A stretch of 64,000 nucleotides of DNA from Octopus sinensis (GCF_006345805.1 NC_043007.1:37386001-37450000), one strand, 5' to 3'; shown: positions 1 to 14,108, counted from the stretch's first letter. Numbers and translations are program-made. Notes: generated by a model not told the origin, from the letters alone.

Positions 1-924
1 CTCCTTCTGTCTTACTTGGGTTACCAAGTATCTCTTCTGTAGTGAGGCAGCTATCCCTGTCCCTCTATCATACTCCAACCTCTCGACTGGCACATGACCA
101 CTTCTCTTTGTTCTGTTCCCTCTCTCAGCCGAGAGGTTCTTGTTTTGTAAACTACTTGACAACTCCATGGGTGCTGGTGCCATGTAAAATGGTTGGCTGT
201 AGAAACCGTGCCAAAACACAATAGAAACCTTGTGCAGCTCTCTGGCTAGCTCCTGTCAAACTGTCCAAACCATGCCAGTATGGATAACAGGTGTTAAATG
301 ATGATAATGATGATTAGGGATTCCTACCCAATCATCCTAGGTTACAGTAGAGTTTCATTTTCAACAAGAAACCATTTTCTGAATGGAATACAAATATTTT
401 TTGCACCAAACTTGTTTGAAGTATAGTCCTCATGGTCAGGACCTCTTTGTAAGTTTTAAATCACAAACCAGTTTGTTTTGAAGCCAATACCACTTCAACT
501 TGAATTACAACATAGAACTTCTACTGGGTCTTTAAAGACCATCTCAACCATAATTTGTCAATGTCTATAGTTGGCCACCCTACTCTTTTTCATTCAGCAA
601 CCTCTTGTAGCATTTCCATGTTTCTTCTCAGCATCAGTAAGGACAAGCTTCCTGATATCATTATGTAAAGAGTCCTCACCAGCAGTGATTTTGTTTTTGA
701 GTCACCAATGGCTCAGAGGTTAAGGTGCTCAACTAATGAGTACATGGTCATCAATTCAAATTTTTGTTTTATCCATTGCATTACGGCTTTCAGTTTTACT
801 TCATGCTTAAATTGTTGGTAGGGAGAACATATCCTGGTATTGGTGTTGGTGCTTCGTTTCAGCTCAACTGTAACTGAACAGACATATCATCAAAGACATC
901 CCTTCCATGACTATCTTGTATTCT

Positions 925-1320
925 TTTATTTTTTTACTTGTTTCAGTCATGTGACTGTGGCCATGCTGGAGCACTGCTTTTAGTCGAGCAAATTGACCCC
1001 AGGACTTATTCTTTGTAAGCCCAGTACTTATTCTATCGGTCTCTTTTGCTGAACTGCTAAGTTACGGGTACGTAAACACACCAGCATTGGTTGTCAAGTG
1101 ATGTTGGGGAGACAAACACAGACACACAAACATATACACACATAAATATATATATATGACGGGCTTCTTTCAGTTTCCGTCTACCAAATCCACTCACAAG
1201 GCTTTGGTCAGCCTGAAGCTATAGTAGAAGACACTTGCCCAAGGTGCCTCGCAGTGGGACTGAAACCGGAGTCATGTGGTTGATAAGCAAGCTACTTACT
1301 ACACAGCCACTCCTATGCCT
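925..1320 (-). mobile_element. tRNA-type SINE family A
   Basis: Head with A box TGGCTGTGTRG and B-box-like GGTTCAGTCC, internal (TA)n(TG)n, tail ...GACTGAAACAAGTAAAA. Confidence 0.85.
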
Positions 1321-1366
1321 ACAGAAAATGTGTCTGTAGAACCACATTTCATTATGTCCTCCCTTT

Positions 1367-1595
1367 TTAACTCTTTGGCATTCAAACCAGCCATATCCAG
1401 GCAAAATATTCTTCATGTTTTATGTTCAAACTGGCCAGATCTGGCCTCTTGCACCTACCCTGCAATGTCATTCTAAAATAAAGAATCACATCATAAAAAT
1501 GTTGATGCTACAAGACAGTCTATGATTAATTCAAAGCAATATGAATAAATAAGCATTTTACATTTGCCAAAATAATCTGAATACTAAAGGGTTAA
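1367..1595. mobile_element. TTAA-flanked (piggyBac-type) MITE
   Basis: TTAActcttt...AAAGGGTTAA. Internal sequence is similar to the copy at 18081-18302. Confidence 0.6.
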
Positions 1596-1742
1596 AGATG
1601 GTAGTGTGATTCAAAAGGAGATTTGGCTGCTATTTTTGGTAGGTTCAGCCACCACATTGAGTTTTGATATCCATGTATTAAAACAATTGTTGTAAAGCTG
1701 TAAAAGAAAAAAATGTTTATTTATATGTTTTATTTATTCCAG

Positions 1743-1940
1743 ATTGGTCGCTCAGGGGAGAGCCCTATCGACTTCATTGTCATGGATACGGTTCCTGCGA
1801 ACCAAAGACGTTACAATGGGGAGGTAACTCAAAGTACTATATCGCGATTTGCATGTCGGATCTTAGTGGAAAGAAACCCGCCGTACACTTCCAGAATATT
1901 TGCTGCCGGTTTCGATGGTGCACGCAACATATTCCTTGGG
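1743..1940 (+). CDS. PELI: Pellino E3 ubiquitin ligase, internal exon (FHA core; first exon visible in window)
   Basis: ttccag|ATTGGT...CTTGGG|gtcagt, 198 nt, phase 0-0. IGRSGESPIDFIVMDT...QSTISRFACRILVERNPPYTSRIFAAGFD...NIFLG matches the pellino GRS..SPIDF / STISRFACRI motifs. Confidence 0.96.
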
Positions 1941-2066
1941 GTCAGTATGAAAACAACTTCTCTATCTTTTGTTATTAAAAATTACATACTTAAAGGAAAT
2001 TTGGCTGCAAATAGAAGTAGTATGAGTTTTATTATATGTACCTAATATATATGTATACATATGTGT

Positions 2067-2690
2067 TCTTCTTGTCTTGAGACAGCATTCACCTGGAGTG
2101 GGTTGAGCTGGCTTCATTCATCCTCAATGCTGCATCTCTCACAAACGCCGACCAGACCTGGCGATTTGAGGCTAACGACCGCGCGATCTCCAACCACTCC
2201 TTATTCAGCGGTGAGGGCCTAGGTTGGGTTCCAGATCATCCTTGACTGTCATCAGCCAGGTTTTTCGTTGTCCACCACATCGCTTTCGCCAACCCTGAAG
2301 GGGAGCTGGGGCAATTGCTTTGTATATGAATTCTCCTGGTTGACGATGGAAGGCATGACCCAGCCATCGCAGCCGTCTCGTTAGGATGACTTGTCGGAGG
2401 GAATTCTGCCTGTACATCTGGTACACCTGTATCTCAGCCTACATTTGCTCTACATAGACTTATTATACCTTTTTGGAATCAAGATGTTCCCAGGATTGAA
2501 AATCTGCCCTGCATCTGGTTCTTGAACATCCAGCATTGGGATTTGATTTGAAAGGGTTGCTATTTCTAGCAGGTAAAGCTTGGCTGATTCAGGCCATCTT
2601 GGTGGCGTTTGTCAGATGACATCAGAGATCAAAGGGGCGAAATAAACGACATTCGCTTCATTAATTTTTATGTTGAGATAAGAACTTTTG
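2067..2690 (-). mobile_element. RTE-clade LINE 3' fragment in a pellino intron
   Basis: ORF 2205-2426 RRLRWLGHAFHR...P..GWRKRCGGQRKTWLMTVKDDL is a typical RTE ORF C-terminus. Confidence 0.8.
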
Positions 2691-2920
2691 GATAAATTGG
2701 CCAACAGTTGGAATTCAACTTGGGACTGGAACAATAGAATGAGTGCATTACAGAATTAGTTCTCATCCATCCTTAACCCCTAATCAAACACCACCTGGGC
2801 ATATAGTCATTATAGACATAGTCATGCTATTTAGCACTCTTTAGTTTTGGGCCACAGACCTTATTAGCCCTCTGCAAGAGCTAGCTTAAAAGTCTACACA
2901 AAGTGTGGCTTTTAAGCTAG

Positions 2921-2951
<31 letters not shown>

Positions 2952-3182
2952 TAAATATCTATGTAGGAATATGTTTTGGTGCCATAAACAACTTGTCTTT
3001 TCTTTTTTAATTTATTTTCATTATCTCAATCAGTGCATTTCCTCAAGCCAATTCTGGTTAGATTTCATGTTTCATGATTACGATTAATTTTAGGAATTTA
3101 ATCTGGTCTGAGTACTACATCTATTCTACGCCTTTTGATGTATTCTTACCCATTGTGTGAATGTGTAATAAGTGTATATATT

Positions 3183-3228
<46 letters not shown>

Positions 3229-3482
3229 GGAAATGAAGAAAATGCTGACAAAATAATTTAAGTAAGAGAGAGTGTATTTAATTAGGTGAAAGTTCTTTTT
3301 ACCGGTTGCACATTTGTTATGCTTATCAAAAGATATTTTTTTAGGAGAGATAGAGTTCCTTTCTGAAAAATCTATCAGAAAGGAACTCTATCTCTCTTAA
3401 AAAAATATTTTGTCAGCATTTTCTTCATTTCCTTTTTTTATATATCACAACTTGTGTTCCACATCTCCTTTTTTAAATATAT

Positions 3483-3517
<35 letters not shown>

Positions 3518-3541
3518 ATATATATATATACACAACACACA

Positions 3542-3586
<45 letters not shown>

Positions 3587-4595
3587 TATACACACACTAC
3601 AATACAATATGAAGATGTGCAGTTGAAGTACCACTTTTAGTAGTGGAGTTGGTTTGATGAGCTTTACTCCAACCGTAGACTTCTGATCTCGTTTCTCTTT
3701 CGTTATTTTGGCACCTGGCTATAATTAGTTACCACCCTTGAAGTAGTTTAACATGTCAAATATTGGGAATCTATTTGATCAGTTCTGGCAGAATCGTGCA
3801 GATCTTGTGAATTTTCCAAAAGCCCCCCCCCCCTCCACGTTCGTTTGGGCAATTTTTTTTTTTTCATGTTAGTTTTCTACACAGTTTTTAACACCTAGCA
3901 GGTTGAGGTTTTTTTTCCGTTAACGGGTCTCAAACTCTATTTTATGACCGAATCAATAGCACACTAGGCAAGATGCTTAGCGACATTTCATCCGTCTGTA
4001 CGTCCTTTGTTCAAATGCCGCCAGGGTCGACATCACCTTTTATCATTTAGATGATAAAATAAGTACTAGTTGAGCATTGTGGGTTAATATAATTGACTTA
4101 CCCATTCCCCGAATTTGCTCTGCCTTGTACCAAAATTCAAAACCAATATTCTGCTGAACGGGTAAGTTGTTGGGCATCACAAAGTCTTTTAGTTACATTT
4201 CTTTAAAATTCCTTCAGGGTGAACTTTGCTTTCACCCTTGTGAGGTAACAGTATTGAGTGTTACTGTATTACAAATTAGAGGTCTTGTGACTATGCAAGA
4301 TGTTATATTAGGGCAGTGAATGACATAATTAGAGGTGTTGCACAGAATATGTTGTTATACTTGGTTATGCCCCTTTATGTTCAGTATGCCTCTTGACTAG
4401 TTTAACTTTACTGGCTTCATTGAAGTGTTTTAAATATAGGGAAAAGCACAAAAAGTCATTTTAGATGCTCATGTGTATAATTGAATTTATGTCCCTTGAA
4501 TAATTTATATAATTTATAGAGAATAACAAAGAAAAAAAAAACGCTAGTATGGTTTTTAATCTTTTCTTGAAACCAATCTTTTTACTGTTTTTCAG

Positions 4596-4781
4596 GAGAA
4601 GGCAGTTAAATGGCACTCAGGCGAAGAGATTGACGGGCTAACGACAAATGGTGTTTTTATTATGAGCCCAACGGAAGGGTTCACACCTGCTTCCAAGCCT
4701 GGCACATGGTATGAAGTGTCAGTTGGTGGAGGTATTTACAGTGCTAGGAACTCAAGAGCAGACCCATTGAAAAGTCATCAG
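4596..4781 (+). CDS. PELI: Pellino exon
   Basis: ttcag|GAGAAG...CATCAG|gtatat, 186 nt. EKAVKW...DGLTTNGVFIMSP..GF......G.WYEVSVGG is the pellino DGLTTNGV / W.E.SV.G motif. Confidence 0.95.
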
Positions 4782-5357
4782 GTATATATATATATATGTG
4801 TGTGTGTGTGTGCACAGACATGGCTGTATGGTTAAGAAGTTTGTTGTGTTGAGTTCAGTTCCACTGTACAGTACCCTGGGCAAATGTCTTTTTGTGGATC
4901 ACCATGTCAATCAAATCCTCATGAATGGATGGCAGGTAGACAAAAGAAGCCCATCATACATGTGTGAGTGTATGTGTACCCATATCCTGTCTTGACATCA
5001 TGTGCTAATTGTAACCAAATGTCACTATCACAAAAGTGCTGTTGTTCATTTGCAAATCTTTGGGAAAACATTCCTGGTCTTTGTGTGGTTTGTGTTTGGC
5101 GAACTGGGGGAAATATTACCTTGCTTGGAGGAAACGTGATGGTTAGTTATAGAAATTGCATCCAGCCATAGAAAAGCTGCTCCAACAATTTTCATCTAAT
5201 TCCTGCTAGCATGTAAAAATGGATATTAAGATGATGGTACATGCTTTATTGTTTAGCCACAGACCAGCCCTAATCAAGCAGGCATTTGATGAAATGCTAT
5301 TTAGCTGAACATCTCAGCTATATTTTCTGGTAGTAACTTAAGAGACATACCTTAGTG

Positions 5358-5558
5358 CAGTGCTTTTCAAACTTTTTGCTGGAGCGAAACCCCAAGAAAA
5401 CATTTCACTGGCTCGAGGAACCCCTGTGCAATAATTTAATTGTCCTATGCACACATATCTGCACAGGAGAATTAAAAATTACTGTCGATTTTAGCATTTT
5501 TGTAACTTCTTGCGGAACCCCTGGACTGTAATGGCGGAACCCTGGTTGAAAACCACTG
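5358..5558. mobile_element. hAT-type MITE (201 bp) with 8-bp TSD CCTTAGTG
   Basis: TIRs CAGTGcTTTTCAAAC / GTTGAAAAcCACTG. CCTTAGTG at 5350-5357 and 5559-5566. Confidence 0.85.
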
Positions 5559-7371
5559 CCTTAGTGGTTAGGGTGTTGGACTCATGATCGTAAGATTGTG
5601 ATTTTGATTCCTGGACCAGGCAATGCATTGTGTTCTTGAGCAAAACACTTCACTTCATGTTGCTCCAGTCCACTAACCCTAGAAATGCTTGCCACTAGTG
5701 GAGGTGTGTCGCTTAGTGGTTAGGGTGTTGAATTCACAACTGTAAAATTGTGGTTTCAATCCCTGGACCGGGCTATCCATTGTGTACTTGAGCAAAACAC
5801 TTTATTTCATGTTACTCCATTCCACTCAGTTGTAGAAATGAGTTTAGCCTAAAGAGAGATGGGCTCTCCCAGGCCTTCTTTCCCTAGATATGCTGCATGG
5901 CTGCAGTGCCCCAACAACCCCCAAGGGGTTGAGGGACTTGTCAGTTATCAACTTAAGGACGATTTGCCTGATAATTATTGTATGTCAAGTGATTTGTTGA
6001 GTTTTGAAGATAAGTACAGAGTAAATGCAGAGCCATCTTGGTTGAAAAGGAATTGCTGGGATGTCATTTGAAACTCTCATGACAAGAAGGCAGAAGACAT
6101 GGCTTTCTTGCAATCTGCAAGGCAGGAGAGAATAACAGCATTATATAAATGTTTTGCAAAAGCAGGAGAGAACGCTGACAATGGTTTGTCACTTATACAA
6201 ATGGTGTTATAGAAGAGCAGGAGAGTATGCCAGCAGTTACTTGTCACTTATACAAATGTTCTTGTGGGAGATTAAGTTGCTGCATTAACCTTTTCATTAC
6301 CATTTTTCTGTTGGAATGCACTACTTTTGTATCAGTTAATTCTGAAAATAATGAAGAATTTAATAAATCATTAACCCATTTGTTACCAACCTGGTTCAAA
6401 CTGGCTCTCGCTCTGAGTACAAATGTCTTGTTTTCATAAGTTTTGGATTAAAATCTTCCACCAAACCATAGTCACAATTTATGTTCCTAACACTAGTTTA
6501 ATGATAACTCAGTTATTTTACTAAATTCTTTCATCATCGTCATTTAATGTCCGCTTTCCATGCTAGCATGGGTTGGATGGTCTGACTGTGGGCTGGCGAA
6601 CCAGATGGCTGCACCAGGCTCCAATCTGATCTGGCAGAGTTTCTACAGCTGGATACCCTTCCTAGCGCTAACCACTCCGAGAGTGTAGTGGGTGCTTTCA
6701 CATGCCACCGACACGGGGACCAGCCAGGCAGTACTGGCAACGACCTTGCTCGAATTTTTTACACATGCCAACGGCACAGGTGCCAGTCAGGCGATGCTGG
6801 TAACGATCCCGCTTGAATGGTACCTCCTATATGCCACCAGCACGGAAGCCAGTTAGCCACTCTGGCAACGATCACGCTCGGATGGTGCTCTTACCATCCT
6901 ACTTGCACGGGGCATGAGTACCAGTAAGGTGAAGCTGGCAACGATCACACTCGAATGGTGCCTTTTATGTGCCAGTTATATTTAAAGTAATTGAAAAAAA
7001 TGCAGAGCATCACAAAATAAATACAATAATGAAATAAATACAGTAAGTATTGAAAAGGTAATGCTGGTATTTTGAACAGAATTAGCATGAAATTTTGATG
7101 CAATGTATTTAGATTGCTTCCAAGCAGCAAGTTTGTATCGTAGATCAGGGGTAGGTTTGTATCAAAAGGGTTCAGCAAGGTTGAACTGCTACATATATTA
7201 TCTTATGGTTCTAATTTTCTAAACAATAAGATTGTTACTCAATATAGCAACCAGATATATTGTCCCCAACAAACAATGTTGAAGCTTCCTCACTAGTTTG
7301 TTGAGTGTGATTTGTTTACTGCATTGAGCATAGCAAGCTATTTTACTGGTCTTTCATTTTTTTACTTCTTT

Positions 7372-7680
7372 TTTGACACGTAAAAAGCACCGTCTGAACG
7401 TGGCAAATGCCAACGCCGCCTGATTGACATCTGTGTCGGTGACACGTAAAAGCACCAACCGATCGTGGCCGTTTGCCAGCCTCCTCTGGCCCCTGTGCTG
7501 ATGGCACGTAAAAAACACCCACTACACTCACGGAGTGGTTGGCGTTAGGAAGGGCATCCAGCTATAGAAACACTGCCAGAGCAGACTGGAGCCTGGTGCA
7601 GCCTCCTGGCTTCCCAGACCCCGGTCGAACTGTCCAACCTATGCTAGCATGGAAACGGACGTTAAACGATGATGATCCAA
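7372..7680 (+). mobile_element. Retroposon family E (GGCACGTAAAAAGCACC subrepeats, (GAT)n tail)
   Basis: Ends CCAACCYATGCTAGCATGGAAA.CGGACGTTAAACGATGATGAT. Related copies at ~130-305 (+), 6535-6975 (-), 47530-47820 (+), 56125-56350 (-) and 60995-61330 (+). Confidence 0.8.
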
Positions 7681-7815
7681 TGATAATATTGTAATTTCAT
7701 ATGGGTGTATTGCAGAATTAACAGTTCTCATGCCATCTCCTCCCCATTATTTTTTGATACCTTTTATATTATAATTTTCATAGTTTCTAAAAAGTTTTTG
7801 TTTTTCCTTTACCAG

Positions 7816-7914
7816 ATGCTAAATGCCGACAATGTCCTACACGATGGCACACTGATTGATTTGTGTGGGGTGACACTATTGTGGCGCTCCGCTTCAGGCT
7901 TGCATGCGTCACCA
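7816..7914 (+). CDS. PELI: Pellino exon
   Basis: accag|ATGCTA...TCACCA|gtaagt, 99 nt. NVLHDGTLIDLCGVTLLWRS matches pellino N.L.DG.LIDLCG.TLLWR. Confidence 0.96.
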
Positions 7915-9177
7915 GTAAGTTTTATTGAGATTGTTTTTTGGGTTTTTTTAAGTCTTTGCTTATCTATCCCTTTGTCTTGTTTTCTTTTTATATTCTTTGT
8001 CACATTATGGAACGAGACTATTGGCCTCCAACCTCATAGTTATGACTTCAAACTTTACTACAGTCGTTTTGCTAAGAAACCTTGCATGAATCTGTTTACG
8101 GCAGTATGCCTGGCTGATAGCAGGTTCCACTTGAGGGTTCATTGACTCTTAACACTGAAAATTGTGTATTCTGTATTTTATCATGCTTACATAAAGAAAG
8201 AAAAATGTGTGTATGTGGGTCTTTTATACCATGGAGCTTAACTACAGTTAAAAGAAAGAACTAACCTTTTAATTGCATAATTTAATTTCGTAGCTATTCC
8301 CATAATTATGTTAATTACCCACCAAAGCATGGTATTTTCTGAAAGTCATAATGCCTCATAATAAACTTAATAGATATTTTCAAAGGATTTTCCTCAACAA
8401 AAAACAGGTTGATATATAAAACAGCTTTCCACAGTTAAGGGAATGAAATTTTGAGTGGATATATATGGTTAAGAGTTATTATAGTCAGGAATATTGTACC
8501 AGTGAATCTAAATATCTATTTTTGGCATGGCAACAGTGCTAACAATAATGATTTCTCTAAAAAAAATATATACAAGTAATCACATAGTTTTCCAAACTGG
8601 CATGAGTCAAGTGAAATATTGAGGTGGTTATCTACATTTAGATACCCTTCCCGTTGCCAGCCCATACCTGTTTTACATGTTAAACTTTTTTTTGTTTTAT
8701 TCCACTGATCTTCATATGTCAGAATTATTGAACCACAGGATATATTGTTTACAGAAAATGTAAACACATCATAGTTGCTCAACATGTGCTTTACGAATGC
8801 AAATGGAAAATAAACACACACACACACACACAATTATGATGCTATGTCTGCACTCAGTTGTCTCTATCTTTCTCTCTCACACTTTCCTTTCTCATTCTCT
8901 TATATTCTCTCTCTCTCTCTCCTCTCTTGCTTTCTCTTATTTTCCCTCCCTTTTGCTCTCCTTCCTTTTCTCCTCTTTCTTTCTCACTATCCTCTGTCTC
9001 CCCTCTTGTGTTTTCTCTCTTGCTTTCTCTTTCTCTCTTCCTCCTTACTTTCACCTTCTCACTGTCGTTTCTCTCTCATTTTCTCAGCATCCATCTTGCT
9101 CTCTTTCTCCCACTCACCCTGTTCCATGATTTATCTCTAATTTTCTCTTTTTTCCTTTCCCCCACCTATTTCATCAG

Positions 9178-9396
9178 AACGAACAGGAATTTAACAAATT
9201 GGTGGAAGAAATCAATGCTTGCCGTCCACAGTGTCCAGTTGGTCTAACCACATTGGTGCTGCCTAGCAAGTCTCATGCTACACCTGGACTTGATAAGCAA
9301 CCATTTGTATACATTAAGTGTGGACACGTGCATGGAAGACACACGTGGGGACAGAAAGATGATGACGACAAAAGGACATGTCCACTTTGTTTAAAA
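9178..9396 (+). CDS. PELI: Pellino exon (start of RING-like domain)
   Basis: catcag|AACGAA...TTAAAA|gtaaga, 219 nt. EINACRPQCPVGL...QPFVYIKCGHVHG...RTCPLC. Confidence 0.96.
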
Positions 9397-9477
9397 GTAA
9401 GACTTGGCCATTTTCATTTCTTTGTTACTTTGTATCACTGATTTAATTGTTCTGCAATAACCTCGAGCTGTTACTCT

Positions 9478-9835
9478 TTTACTCTCTTTTACTCTTTTTA
9501 CTTGTTTCAGTCATTTGACTGCGGCCATGCTGGAGCACCGCTTTTGCCGAACCGCTAAGTGACGGGGACGTAAACACACCAGCATCGGTTGTCAAGCAAT
9601 GCTAGGGGGACAAACACAGACACACAAACACACACACACACATATATATATATATAATATATATATATATATACGACAGGCTTCTTTCAGTTTCCGTCTA
9701 CCAAATCCACTCACAAGGCATTGGTCGGCCCGGGGCTATAGCAGAAGACACTTGCCCAAGATGCCACGCAGTGGGACTGAACCCGGAACCATGTGGTTGG
9801 TTAGCAAGCTACTTACCACACAACCAATCCTGCGC
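9478..9835 (-). mobile_element. SINE family A
   Basis: Same head, body and tail. Internal deletion in the body. Confidence 0.85.
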
Positions 9836-10449
9836 CTGTTAGTGTTGTTTAACCCTAAGTCAAGCCTTCAACCATCAAACTTATGATCAAAAGTGTTCCA
9901 TCTATAACTATACAGTCTTACTCTTTCTCCACCCAACCCCCATGCGGTGTATATCTTTGATCTTGTTTCGGTCATGCTGTAGCACTCACCTTGAGGAATT
10001 TTCGTTGAGCTAAGCCACCCCCAATATTAATTTTCTCTTTAAGCCTGGTACTTATTCTATTGGTCTCTTTTGATGAACTGCTAAGTTTCAGGGATGTAAA
10101 CAGACCAACATGGGTTGTCAAGCAGTGGGGGACAAACACAGATACAAGATCACGTACAAAATTATATATATAGATATACACACGCACACACACAGAGGTT
10201 TCTTTCAGTTTTCTCTCTTCCAAATCCACTGACAAGACTTTGGACGACATGAGGCTAAAGTAGGGGACACTTGCCCAAGGTGCTATGCAGTGGGACTGAA
10301 CCCAGAACCATTTGGGTGGGAAGCAAACTTCTTACCACACAGCCACACCTGCCTCATTAATTGAGTATTGACTGAACTTCTTCCTTATTACTCTGCATTT
10401 CAAAATGAAAGGAGTAAAAAAACACATGAATTTGTATTGGTATATATAG

Positions 10450-10590
10450 GCGTAGGAGTGGCTGTGCGGTAAGTAGCTTGGTTTCAGTCCCACTGAATGG
10501 CACCTTGGGCAAGTGTCTTCTACTATAGCCTCAGGCCGACCAAAGCCTTGTGAGTGGATTTGGTAGACGGGAACTGAAAGAAGCTTGTCG

Positions 10591-10623
<33 letters not shown>

Positions 10624-10810
10624 CTGTGTTTGTCCCCCCAACATTGCTTAACAACTGATGCTGGTGTGTTTACATCCCTGTATCTTAGCGGTTCGGCAAA
10701 AGAGACCGATAGAATAAGTACTACGCTTACAAAGAATAAGTCCTGGGGTCGATTTGCTCGACTAAAGGCGGTGCTCCAGCATGGCCACAATCAAATGACT
10801 GAAACAAGTA
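10450..10810 (+). mobile_element. SINE family A
   Basis: ggcgtaggagtggctgtgcggtaag...gactgaaacaag. Confidence 0.85.
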
Positions 10811-11240
10811 TATTTGACATCTCTTTTACTTCTGTTTATTTCAATTTATTGGTCTTGAACAAAGACTATTCTTTCTGATAGATAATTCTTTTGATGTCAC
10901 CAATGTCCACCATCCCTGTGATTTTACCATGATATGCTATATACACAAATGTAGCTGCGTGGTTAAGAAATTTTCTTCCCTACCATATGGTTTTGGGTTC
11001 AGTCCCACTATAAAATACCTTGGGCAAGTGTCTTATGTTAAACCCTCTGGCCAGTCAGAATGTATCTTCTACACCTGGATGCCCTTCCTAATACCAACCA
11101 CTTTACAGCATGTCCTTGGTGCTTTTTTTTTTTCATGCCACTAACGCCATTGAGGTTGCCAAAAGACAGAAAAGCAGAAAAGAGAGTTGCTTGATATACG
11201 TGTTGTAGCCTAACATTGAATCCTATGTTTTCTGTTTCAG

Positions 11241-11356
11241 GAAAGTCCTTTTATAAAGCTGGAGGTTGGATCTGAACTTAGTTTTTACGTTGATGCAGGA
11301 TCTCCAACATACTGTTTCAGTCCATGTGGTCATATGGCATCAGAGAACACAGTCAA
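11241..11356 (+). CDS. PELI: Pellino exon
   Basis: tttcag|GAAAGT...GTCAA|gtaagt, 116 nt, ends phase 2. ESPFIKLEVGSELSFYVDAGSPTYCFSPCGHMASENTV. Confidence 0.94.
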
Positions 11357-12524
11357 GTAAGTCATCTATCTGCATCTCCCTCCCCCACCATACACACACA
11401 CACACACAGTAATATATTATTGGGTGCATGATGTATCTAATGTGCAGGCAACATAACTTTTAAACAGCTGACATTCCTTATGCATTGCATCAAGGGCTTA
11501 TGTCCTGCACCTTGTATCCTTACATGTAACATAATTCCTGACACATTGCAATTTTATTTTAGCATCAAAGCTTAAGCTTAGCACTATACCCCCCCTCCCG
11601 TGCTCTCTCTCTCTCACACACACACATACATTACTACTTTACACACATAAGACTTGAACATGTGATATGGCCTTGTGCATGAGCTGCGAACTTTAACATA
11701 CCTATTTCTTTTACTACCCACAAGGGGCTAAACACAGAGAGGACAAACAAGGACAGACAAACGGATTAAGTCAATTATATCAACCCCAGTGTGTAACTGG
11801 TACTTATTTAATTGATTCCGAAAGGATGAAAGGTAAAGTCGACCTCAGCAGAATTTGAACTCAGAACGTAGCAGTAGACAAAATACGGCTTTACATTTCG
11901 CCCGGTGTACTAACGCTTCTGCGGACTTTAACATACCACACTGTCTTGGTCACTAGAGATAAGGTTTCACTCACTGACCAGCAAAAGAGGTACAAAAGAG
12001 ACGTGCTGAAATCACAGGATAGTTTATGAGTAATTAATGCAGTTTCATCCACTGAGCTTCCACACAGTTTCCATTTACAAGATTGGACTAAACCAATCCA
12101 CACTGGAGGAAGGCTGGTCTTGAGACATGTGTCACCTTGATGTCAGATGAATCATTCTCTCTACCTAAATGTTAAATAGTCCCTGCACCTCTATGGGAAG
12201 CTCAGAAGAGCTAGAAAAGTATCAGAGACTGGGTGTAAGCCAGTAGGAAACTTCATCTGTGTCTTTAGACTTTGACATAGAGGTCCTTGATGGTTGATAC
12301 CTACAAGCATGGCACCTAGAGAGTGAGGAGAATATGCGCTTATTTAGATTGTCTACAAGTCCTGGTCAATCTAAGCTGTGGTTGAATAGGGAGTGGCAAG
12401 CTCGGCAAAACAATTAGCCTATGGATACCTTTACTAGGGTTAACCATGTTTATAATTCTGCAAATAGATGCAAACACTCCTGCACAATTGCACTCCCCAA
12501 TGTAGCTAATCATTTTGGAGCGGT

Positions 12525-12653
12525 AATTGAATTTGGCGTGCAGCCATAGTACAGGCTGGCTCTTCTAACCTGCCACTCTGAATAACATAATTAGAAGGGT
12601 CCTCGATGCATCTGGCTTCACATCACACCTGGAGCCAGTAGGTCTAAACTACA
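12525..12653 (+). mobile_element. Degraded RLE-type (CRE/HERO-like) non-LTR fragment
   Basis: LACSHSTGWLF*PATLNNIIRRVLDASGFTSHLEPVGL resembles the LSC..S.G..RH..LN.ii.RaL.saG..s.LEP.GL segment that precedes the RLE PDG motif. Confidence 0.55.
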
Positions 12654-13577
12654 TGTTTTTCTTTCTATTCCACTGGTCTTCATATATTATATATTAGAAT
12701 TATTGAGCTACTGGGCCTGTTGTTTACAGGATATGTAAACATGACGTCATAGTTGCTGAAGCTGTGCTATACAAATGCAAATAAACATAGATACAAATAT
12801 GGAGAGGCCTTGATGCGGCTGGCTTCCTGTTACCACTGAAACCAGTTGGCCATAACTATGTTATGATCTCCTAAGATACCATTAAGTGTGTGGGGTTTTT
12901 TGAGGTTTTTGTTTTCCTGCAGATGTTCAGGTTGGGCATCATCCACATGAATCTCACCAAGCTTGGACACTGTTTCTCCTCTACTGAATAAGTTCAACCC
13001 TTTTGATACCAACTCACACAAGACTACCCCTAATCCTATGAGAAACAGTGGGGTGCTGAAAAGTTTCTGGCTTTGGGTAAAAGAAAATACAGGAGGATCA
13101 GTTAAATATGATTTTATTCAACATATTCCCCTCTCAGATTCACACACTTATTGCAGCGGTCCTTCAGTTTTTCTAAGCCCTGTGAAAGAACTTGGAAGTT
13201 TGGGCCTCTATCCAGGCCTTTCATGATACCCTTAAAGCCAGAAACTTTTCGGCACTCCCTTGAGTGTGTGTGTGTGTGTGTGTATACACACACACACACA
13301 TACCCAAGCTCTCTGTTTTAAAGTGATAGAAATTAAAACCTTTCCCAAAATTCTGTGACAAAATTATTTTACTAAACTCTTTATTATTTTCTAATTTAAT
13401 TGAAGGAAAATCAGTGTATTTCAATAGAAAATGGATATTTAAAAAGAAAAAATTATTCACATTTTGAAATTATCTACCCCGGAATAATTTAGCCATGTAT
13501 GATGACAGCCATGCTCTGTGTGTACCTTGTATGTGTGTGTTCAAATTATCTAATACATTCATTTATTCTGTTTTCAG

Positions 13578-13701
13578 ATATTGGGCTAAAGTTTTAATTC
13601 CACATGCTTCCAATGAATTTCATGCAATATGTCCGTTTTGTGCAATTCCTTTGGACAATCCTGGTTATGTGAAACTAATATTTCAAGATCAAGAACTTTG
13701 A
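13578..13701 (+). CDS. PELI: Pellino last coding exon
   Basis: tttcag|A TAT TGG, phase 2 matches the previous exon. YWAKVLIPHASNEFHAICPFCAIPLDNPGYVKLIFQDQEL* has the pellino C-terminal CPFC...LIFQ motif. Confidence 0.96.
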
Positions 13702-14060
13702 AGATCACAATGATTATGATGATGATGATAATAATAATAATTAATAATAATATTAAAGAAGATGATGGTGATGGACATCTTGTACGCTCGCTGCCTGATG
13801 GTTTTTTTTATATATATATATTTTTTTTTTTGAAAAAATCTTCTATAATTTTTTTTTTCTTCCTCAAACAAATTCTCCTTCTTCTTCTCCCTGTTGATAA
13901 GATATATTCTCCAGAAAGAAAAAAGAAATTGCTGATGTGTCATTCGACACAAGCTGCATCGAAGTTATTGCCCACTGAATTCAACAACAAAATAAATCAA
14001 AAAGAAAACAATGATATACATATATGAAAGAAAATAAAAATACGCACATATATTGTGTGT

Positions 14061-14108
<48 letters not shown>

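Noticed and set aside
6690-6975. Regularly spaced repeats resembling a CRISPR array
   Set aside because: Degenerate subrepeats of retroposon family E in eukaryotic DNA, with no invariant repeat or unique spacers and no cas genes.
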